DNA from: the human T2T-CHM13v2.0 reference genome, Homo sapiens
Assembly: GCF_009914755.1 (NCBI RefSeq)
Contig: NC_060931.1
Length of the DNA: 64,000 bases
Reading direction: 5' to 3' (one strand)
This document shows positions 53,839 to 64,000 of this stretch, one piece after another. The notes below the pieces were generated by a model, which saw nothing but the letters and a program-made list of their open reading frames with translations, did not search any database and had not been told where the DNA came from. Positions within the stretch are counted from its first letter, which is position 1. Every line of letters begins with the position of its first letter. Both the position numbers and the translations under genes were made by a program.

Positions 53839-54385
53839 AAAGGACCAATGAAATGGCAAATTGGTTATTTGAAAGAACACACAAGATTGATACATTGCTA
53901 GGTAAAATAACAAATAAAAGAAGAAAGAAGATTCAAATAAGCCCAATCAGAAGTAATAAAAGTACCATCACAACCAATCACATGAAAATATAAAAAATCC
54001 TCAGAAATTATTATGTATCTCTATGCACACAAATTAGATAATCTAGGGGAAATGGATACATTGCTAGAAACACAGAACCTCCAAAGATTAAACCAGGAAG
54101 AAATTGAAACCATGAACATACCAATAACTAGTAACAAATCTGAATCAGTAATAAACAACCTACCAATAAAATAAGCCCTGGACTGGATGGATTTGAAGCT
54201 GAATTCTACCACAAGAGCTAGTACTAATCCTATGGTAACTATGCTAAAAAATTGAGGAAGAGTCACTCCTCCCTACACACACTACCAGCCAATATCCCTG
54301 ATAAAGATAGATGCAAAAATTCTCAACAAAATACAAGCAAACTGAATCCAACAGCACATTAAAGAGTTAATTCACCACAATAAAG
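53839..54385 (+). mobile_element. L1 ORF2 internal segment in opposite orientation (inverted part)
   Basis: TTGGTTATTTGAAAG, CTATGCACACAAATTAGA, GCTGAATTCTACC, CCAATATCCCTGAT...GATGCAAAAAT. Confidence 0.9.
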
Positions 54386-55994
54386 CATTTATGTTCTGAT
54401 CGAACTACTTAGGTGTTCTTGTTGCATCTATAAAGTTGGCTTCAATATTATATCTTAATGTTTTGACCTCAAACTCGTTGTTTCTAGATAAAGTCTCAGA
54501 GAAGATTAGAATATAGGGATGCAAGAAGTTGCTGCAAAGAGTGGGAGCAAATGGAGATAACTCTGAGAAGGTTTCTACTTGATACTTATACATGTGTAGA
54601 GGCTAATGGGTACAGATACTGTTGTGTTGTTCAGATCCAAATACATTTCCTTTAGCTAGATTCTATTGGTAAAAGTTGTTGCTTATAGCATATATTGCTT
54701 ACAGACAAAGAATAAACTGTCAGGTTGTATTCATAATTAAAAGTAGAGCTACTGCTAACATATTAACTTATTTTAGCATTAGTAACATATTTGTGATAAT
54801 ATCTTATGCATAGAATTGAATTAATTTTTTATCAGATTTTATATTTAATTCCCAATTTTTAAAAGTATTTCTGACATCTTTCCTTCCCTCAATGTTTAAA
54901 TCTATGTAAACTGCAAACACAGAAAGATGAATTTTTTCTAAGAAGTAAACGTTACTACTCTTGATATATCTTTTGTACATTACAGAGTGCTAGTTATCTG
55001 AAAGGTATAATATTCAAAGAAATTATTTGATTATTTGAGTTTATATTCACTTTACACATTAAATTTCTCTTTTCATAAAGAGGGAATGTTTAAAGTCTAA
55101 AAAAAGGCAGACTAAAACAGATATTTTGGTCATTATAAATTTAAGAATTTCTATGAAAATCAAGTATTTCATGATTAAAGTTCTGTAGGTTTATTATATA
55201 CTGCACTGATTATTTTTGTGGTCACCAGAAGTTAGTTTTAGTAGAAGAAGATAATTCATTGTTAACTTTAAGGTAGTAGATAAGGTATGGGTATCAGTAT
55301 AATAATGTTGTAAATATAGTTGTATCTAGGTTTTTGGTTGTTTTCCAAATGATTTCCGAACTAAAAATAAATAATCTATTAAAGTATTTACTATTTTCTT
55401 ATTAGACAGTTTTTTCTTCCTATAGAAAGCTTCTTTATATAAGCTAAACTGCAACTTAGCAGCAGTATTTTTTTGTAACAGACTAAACATGTATTGTTGA
55501 GAGAAATCCATTTTTATAAAATAAATACACCAAACGAATTCTGTGAGGAGTTATATGAAGTCTTAATGTGCAGATTCTGATGAGCTACGATATTTCTCTT
55601 TAGGGAAGCTGCTTTTCAATAGAGAAAAATAGCACTCTGTCTCCTTTTACATTTGTATTCACCTTCATATACTTGGGGATTTTTTATCATAATATGCAAA
55701 ATTATTAAATCATTACAATAAATGGAAAGATTTTTGCGATAATAAATTCATGTTAAAGGGATAAATTTTACTAAATTTATTTTTGTCACATACAAAGTAA
55801 TTTTTGGATCATTAGTTTCACAGTTGTATTTGTGGAATTGTTGGGGAATAGTTTTATAAATGTTCAGTTTCATAAGGGACATCTACACAGGGCTTCATAA
55901 TAAATCATTCATCAAATTTATGTGCAAAAACATTGGGGGTTGCTTACTAAAAACGATTTGTAAACTTTATAAGAGAAAATACAGAGATTCTAAA

Positions 55995-58900
55995 GAGAGA
56001 CATCAGCAAGATGGCTGACTACAGATGCCTGGTGCTCACATACCTACTCCTCCAAAAGAAAAACAAAGACCAAAACAGCAAACAAACAAATAAAATTTGA
56101 TTACAGTTTCTGAAAGAGGGTATTTGAGCACAGCAATGGAGTAGTAAAAACCCTGTGAAGAACAGAAACTCAGGATTGCAACATAGAGAAAGGGGTGAAG
56201 CATCTAGCCTTTGCCACACCTTATCTCCCCTACTGTGATCTGCTTAGGGCCTCCAGGGACTTTCTCTTGTGGAGAAAAGGTAAAAAGGAAGCCCCTATCA
56301 GCTCCCATTGCCACTGCAAACACTTTCAGTTTGTGGTACAGGAGAATCCTGCAGTCCTTAGAGGCTTGAGCCCAGTTTGGGGAGCTGCATGGAATTTACA
56401 TGACTGCATTGCTCCAGAATAGTAACCCACATTGTGCACTACCTCCCAAACTCCTTGACCCAAAATGCTAAAACATGGTGACATTTTAAGCCACTTCTGG
56501 ATTGCACACTATTCTGAGGCCAGTATCTACTGTGTCTCTTTATCCCTGAGGCTCCATCGTCATTCAACCATGCTCACACATGTAGTTGCTGTGCCATGAT
56601 TCTGGCTGTTCAGAACTTTGGTTCAGTGGAATGGCTGTGATGTTTGTGCCTGAGACCATGCAGTGCTCTATACCCCAAGGAACAGATGGTTCTACACAGC
56701 AGGAAAGCCAAACCTGGGCCTGCTGAATTGTTGTGCACCCATAATCCTAGCCTGAAAAACAGCCCAGTGTCCCCATCCCCAGCAAACCAGTCCTCAAGCA
56801 CAAGCTCAAGCTGGAAACTAATTCTACAGGATCAGGGTCCCACCCTTGCAACCTCATTTAACCGAAATTATTATTAATATCTTAAAGGCCTGTTCTTCAA
56901 ATATAGTCACACTGGGGTTTAGGAATTTGGCATGAAAAATTTTTTGGCAGGATGGAGTGGGAAGGAGGAACAAATATTTGCAACAAATGGCAATGATAAA
57001 CATAGTGTTAACTGCTGGCACTGGAGGACTGGATTGATGGTGGTAGGACACTAGGATGTTTTTCAGGCCCGGGTTATGGGTGCACAATAATGTGTATACA
57101 GCTCTGGCCTGAGAACCAGCCCAGTATACTGCCCCCAATGAAGCTGCAACACTGCCACCAGATGCTCCTAAAGCTTACACCACTGAGGCATACATAGCCA
57201 TCACTGATGTGAACTATAGCTAGAGAAACTACACAGTAACTTCAATAATGCATCCACATAGAACCAAAGTCAATACATCCTACCCAACTGGCACCCTAGA
57301 ACCTAACATCAGGAAAACGTTTTCTTACCAAAAGTTGTTCCATAAAATTGGGAGAGATGACTATTTGACCACTTGTGCAGATGTCAATGGAGGGACACAA
57401 AAGACATAAAACAACAACAAAAAAAGAATAGTTCCGAAGAAACACAATACTGTAATTATTCAAAAGGTCATGAGGAAAGGAAACTTAGAATATGCCCACA
57501 AAGAATTCTAAATAATGATCTTAGGAAATCTCAGCCAGATAGAATAGAGTACAAGTAAATGACAAAATCAGGGAAACAATTTATGACCTGAATGAGAAAT
57601 TCAGCAAAGAGATAGATATTATTTTATAAGAAGGCAAATAGAAATCTTGGAACTGAAGAATTCAATAAGTGAAATAAAAATGCTTTGGCAGCTTCAACAG
57701 CAGACTAGATTAAGCAGAGGAAATAATTTTTGAATTTGAGGACTAGTCTTTTGAAATGACCTAGACAGAGGGAGGAAAAAGAATAACAAAGAATAAAGAA
57801 AGCCTACTAGACTTATTGGACATCAATAAGCAAACAAACATTTGTATTATTAATATTTGAGAAGGAGAAGAGATGGAGAAAGGTACAGAGAACATATTTA
57901 AAATATAATAGTGGAAAACTACACAAGTCTGGAGAGATATGTAGACATCTAGATCCCAGTAGCTCAAAGATCTCCAGATATATTCAATCCCAAAAGGTCT
58001 TCTCAGAGGCAAATTATAATCAAATTGCCAGAGGTCAAAGACAGAGAGAATGCTAAAGAAGCAAAATAAAACGCTAAAGCCAATAATGGAATCCTCATTG
58101 GACTAGCATCAGATTTCTCAGCAGAAACGTTGTAGGCTAGGAGAACATATATTCAAAGTGCTGAACATACATTCAAAGGGCTGAAAGGAAAACAAACAAG
58201 TAAACAACAACAAAAAACCTATTCACCAAGAATACTGTATCCAGCATAGTCATTTTTCAGACATGGAGGAGAAATAAAGTACTTTCAAACCAGCAAAAGC
58301 TTAAGGAATCCAGGACCACTTGAATGACCTTACAAGAAATAAAAGTTTCTCATATATTAAAGCTAGAACTACCACATGATGCAGCAACCATTACTGGGTA
58401 TATGGCCAAAGGAAGTGAAATCCGTATGTCAAAGATATATCTGCACTTCTGTATTTTTGGCAACACTATTAATAATAGCCAAGATATCAGCCTAAGTAAT
58501 TAATGTTCAAAAACAGATGAATGGAGTTTTATTTTTAACAACAAATAAATGGTTATAGAAAATATAGTATATATACACAATGGAATACTATCCATCCATA
58601 AAAAGAAAGACATCCTGTCATTGCCAACAGCAGGGAAGAACCTGGAGGACATTTTATTAAGTATATTAAGTAAAATAAGCAAGACACAGAAAGCTGAATA
58701 CCACATATTCTCACTTATATGTGGAATCTAAAACGTTAATCTCATAGCAGTGGTTAATAAAACAGTGATTACCAGAGAATGGGAGGGAAGTTGGAGAGGA
58801 GAATGTGGAGAGGATGATTAACAGATATGAGTTTTAATTAAAAAAGATAAGTTCTGATGTCCTAATGCACAGTGGGGTAACTATGGTAATTGATAAGATA

Positions 58901-59095
58901 GCGTATATCTCAAAATAGCTAGAAGAGAGGATTTTGTATGTTTCCACCACAAAGAAATGATAAATGTTTGATGTGATGGATATGTTGAATACCTTTATTT
59001 GATCATTACACAATGCATACTTGTATCAAAATATTACACTGTAACTTATGAATATGTACAATTATTATGTGTTAATTAAAATAATAAAAATACCT
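55995..59095 (+). mobile_element. L1MA-type element: 5' UTR, decayed ORF1, deletion of most of ORF2, ORF2 3' tip and 3' UTR (L1MA6/7-like)
   Basis: 5' terminus CAGCAAGATGGCTGACT. ORF1 remnants at about 57500-58340. AGAACTACCACATGAT at about 58365. 3' UTR CAAAATAGCTAGAAGAGAGGATTTTG...CACAAAGAAATGATAAATG. Confidence 0.85.
56825..56990 (-). mobile_element. MLT1A/B LTR fragment embedded in the L1 5' UTR
   Basis: GGATCAGGGTCCCACCCTTGCAACCTCATTTAAC...AAAGGCC...CAAATATAGTCACACTGGGG. Confidence 0.7.
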
Positions 59096-59509
59096 AAATG
59101 GCAAAAAAGAAAATATATAATTTAGTGAATATTGAATTATGAACAGCTGTGGGATTTTTTTAAATATTAGTCTAGCATGTGTGCTGAGGCATACCGATTA
59201 TGTAAATACTACACATGTGTATACATGCTGTGTAGTACATGCTCACATACATACATGGGTTCGTATAGCTACCTATAGCTTCTCAAAACTCCCAGAGTGC
59301 GGACAGGCAATTGAATCTTTGCCTTTGAGTATGCCCATATTGCTCATTAATACAGACAAAAACCAAAACTGAACTTAATGCAGAAACAACTATAAAAGGA
59401 TGCATTTTACATTATTATTCAATGTCTACTATGTTTTATGGGCATTGCAAATGTTACACAAGGTTCACCAGACTAACTCCTTTGTTGCCTTTATTGTATT
59501 CCCTTCTAA

Positions 59510-60380
<871 letters not shown>

Positions 60381-60686
60381 AGGGCTGCTTATTATCAGGG
60401 TGTTCTCCACAGTCCATGGCAGTAGGGCTTAAAGAAATTTGAAGTGGTGGATGGACGCATGGATAGATGGATGGATAAATGGATGGGTTAAGTGGTACAG
60501 AGTGAAAAATTCTACCTCCGAGTGTCTCTAAATGAGATATAACACAAGATATATACCTTGAGGGAAATAAGGAGCCTATATCAAAAAGTAAACATTATGA
60601 ACAAAGCAACATTTAGCAAGAAATTTTTTCCTATTTACGATGTAGATTATTTGTTTGTTTGTTTGTTTGTTTGTTTTAGGATGGCC

Positions 60687-60929
60687 TTTTTTAAATTTAT
60701 TTTTTTATTTTTTTACTTTAAGATCCAAGAAACAGGTTCAGAACTTACAGGTTTGTTACATAGGTATACATGTGTCATGGTGGTTTGCTGCACCTATCAA
60801 CCCATCACCTAGGTTGTAAGCCCCGCATGCATTAGCTATTTGTCCTGATGCTCTCACTCCCCTAACCCCTCCCACTGCTGACAAGACTGGGTGTGTGCTT
60901 TTCCCCTCCCTGTGTCCATGTGTTCTCAT
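60687..60929 (-). mobile_element. Short 5'-truncated L1 3' UTR (L1PA8-10-like)
   Basis: GGTTTGCTGCACCTATCAACCCATCACCTAGG...AAGCCCCGCATGCATTAG...TGTGTCCATGTGTTCTCAT. Confidence 0.9.
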
Positions 60930-63009
60930 ACAATATAGATTCTTGAGATTCTTGAGAAAAAGCCATTATGCATTTTATTATAGGTAGCATGTGAATGACA
61001 GATCTGTAAAGACTGGCCTACAACCTTCCACACCTCTGAGAAGAAAGACTAGTGGGAAGTTATTTGTCCTGTTTCTCATTAATGAAAGTGTATAATGCCA
61101 ATATTCTGTAAGCATAATATAAGTAGAAACAGAAAACCTTTATAAAGCATGTATTTGAGTTTAATGTGATTGTATTTTTGGAATAAGACAAACAGATATA
61201 CTGAAAGAGTAAAGAAACAAATCAAACTCAATTAAATTTAATGATCTACTAAGGTTTGTAGTTTTATTGCGTATTAACCAGGTACTTGAGCTTCTTGGAA
61301 AAAAAAATTGTGAAGTCAAAACAATATTATGAAAGGTATATGGTCAAAATCACTTTTATTTCTCTGTGAATGTTAGATTATATGGTGATGTCTTTCAAGG
61401 GACTTAATTTGAGTGAAGTACCTGCTGATTGACTCTAATATCTCATAGGCACACTACCAATGTGTTCTTCAATTGCCTAATCTCTAATTGTAAAGTGTTT
61501 TGTGAAGCGAGGCTTGGGCTCTCTTTATCTCACTCTCATTAATTTATTTCTTTAAGGTGTTTTTTTTATTTGTTTTTAATAAAGGGTATGAGTTGGTAAA
61601 TGTGGATGATGCTGTTGAGAATGACCATCGTATTGATATACTGATACATGTAATTTCACACATTGCTGGTTTTATTGAGAAAGTAATAGTTTATTTCGTT
61701 CCGAGTCTTTTTTTGTCCCCATGTTATCTGAGTATTCATTTAGCATATCCTCTCCTCTCCTCTCTAGTAAAGGAAATGCAAGAGCAAAAATAACAAAACC
61801 AAAATGAAAACCAAGTATGCATATCTATGCAATGCAGGTCCTGCTTCTGCGGAGGCAGTTTTAGTCACCTTAACTTGACTGTATTTTATTTTTCAAAACA
61901 AAATTGGCAGTGCCCTTTGAGTGAGGGCACCATGCCATACAAACAGATGGTCAGGAAAGTAGATAGCTTGGAGACCAGGTTTATTTGTCAGATTTGCTTA
62001 TAGAGGGTGACGTTCACAGCCAGAATGGTGAATGTTGCACTCTCAAAGTTCCTCTGCCTTTGGGAAGACTATTCCTCTTTTAGAACTAAACTTCATTTGC
62101 AAAAAATAGTAATTATCTCTGGTTCATGGTCACAAAGGAGAAAACACAGATTAAGTGAATCAGTTTTTCTAGCAGAATAGCATAATGAATCATTGGGTGA
62201 CAATCTCTTATAAGGTGCTTCCACAAAATATATTTATGAAAATAACCTTCAGAAAAAGTAGAGGTGTGCTTTCAATAAACAAAGATTAAATAAATTAGAA
62301 ACATATGTTATAATTTATCCCTTCCATGTACAAGCAAAATATGACATATTTGCTTAACAGTTAATCATTAATGTTTTGTTATGTTTTTTGGTTATCTCTG
62401 AAAGTAACTAATATTATTGCTAGATATATATAATAGAGTCATTTGCCTAAGCCTTGCTTCATGCTTGTGGTGCCAACTTTGGTGTGCTTCCTGGGTCAAG
62501 CCTTTAGAATCACTATATTTTAAACATTGCTTTTCAACACTCTTCAAACTGATAAAGTATACTTTAAATAAAATGTGAATATATTTACCTTTGTAAGTAT
62601 TTATTAGCATATTTTAACCCCTTTTGGGTATTGAAATAATTTGTTTTATCAGTCTTCTAGTGTTGACAATTGAATTGCATTACATTTTTTATTGTTGTAA
62701 CCAATGTTGAGAAGAACATTTATGGTTACATGTTTATATACTTTCCTTGTTCGTTCCCTTAAATCCCTAAAATATGAACTCTTTTATTTATCGATCATTT
62801 TATGTCATCTTTAATTTGGAGCCCTTTATATCAAGACAAGGGATGTTTAATCTCTTTCTTGTTTTAAGAAAAATGATTTAAAGTCTAGAAATATATTAGC
62901 TTGAAACTAAAAGTCTATTGGGCAGCTGGAAGTGTCTTTTTAGAGTATAATTTATAAAAGGAAGAAGCACTAGTCTATATTTTTAATAAAAAAATTTGAA
63001 AAATAAAAC

Positions 63010-63634
63010 AAGCCTAAACAATTACAGCAAATTTTCATGATATAATGTTAATATACAAAAGCAAATCACTTGCTTATATGCCAGAAAAGAACAAATAGAA
63101 TTTGAAATTTAAAATATAATGCCATTTACATTAGCACCATAAAAATTAAATACTTAGGGATAAATCTGACAAAATATATAAAAACTGTAATGAAAGAAAT
63201 CATAACTAAATAAATAATTCTTATTCATGAATGGGAAGGCTTAATATTGTCAAGATGTAAGGTCTGCCTAACTTATCGATAAATATAATGCAATCCCAAT
63301 AAAAATACCAGCAATTTACTTCATTGATATCAACAAATTCATTCTACACTTTATATGGAAAGACAAGAGACCAAGAATAGCTAAACAATATTAAAAGAGT
63401 AGAATAAAGTTGGAGGATTGACACTACCTAAATTCAAGATTTACAAAAATGCTAGAATAATCAAAATAGTGGGGTATTGGTAAAAGAATAGACAAATAGA
63501 TCAATATAATAGAATACAGAGCCCTAAAGTACAGTCACATAAATATACTCAATTTATCATGACTATGCAAAAGGCATATGATGGAGCAAAGATAATCTTT
63601 TCAACAAATGGTGCTGGAACAATTAGACATCTAT

Positions 63635-63679
<45 letters not shown>

Positions 63680-64000
63680 GCCTGAATCTAGATAAAAGTT
63701 TTACACTTTCACAAAGATTAACTTGGAATAAATCACATATGTAAATGTAAATTTCAAAACCAAAACCCACTAGAAAATAACATAGGAGAAAACTTAGATG
63801 ACCTGTGGTTTGCCCGTGACTTTTTAGCTCCAACACAAAAGCACACTCCATAAGATAAAAAATAGATAAGCTGGACTTTGTTGAAAAGATTTTGCACTGC
63901 ATAAGACATTGTCAAGATAATAAGACATGAGCCACAGACTGGGAGAAAATATTCGCAAAGACATATAAAGGACTATTATCCAAAACATTGAAAGAACATT
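63010..64000 (+). mobile_element. Old L1M ORF2 fragment running off the right edge
   Basis: AAATACTTAGGGATAAATCT; TCTTTTCAACAAATGGTGCTGGAACA; AGCCACAGACTGGGAGAAAATATT. Confidence 0.88.
63636..63677. repeat. (CA)21 microsatellite inside L1M
   Basis: Direct reading. Confidence 0.97.

Overview
This is primate, most likely human, AT-rich and CpG-poor non-coding DNA dominated by decayed transposable elements. These include L1 copies from young (L1PA2-like) to ancient (L1M), about ten Alu/FLAM SINEs, MIR, L2, L3/CR1, MaLR and ERV solo LTRs (THE1, MLT1, LTR16A, MER31, MER34-like) and hAT MITEs (MER1B, MER5, MER58A, MER63B), plus microsatellites. I see no host protein-coding gene, RNA gene, CpG island, CRISPR array or prokaryotic system. 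The only genuine coding frame is an L1 ORF2 fragment at the left edge. I found no new biological system. The most notable items are structural: a near-perfect 24-bp-stem hairpin inside a MER31 LTR, a young L1 cut off mid-ORF2, a DUX4 motif in an intact THE1 solo LTR, a tailless Alu, a 5'-inverted L1, a rearranged L1MA lacking most of ORF2, a probable short L1 3' transduction, and several microduplications. Repeat subfamily names come from recalled consensus sequences compared by eye. Boundaries of old elements are approximate, and RepeatMasker/Dfam would settle them.
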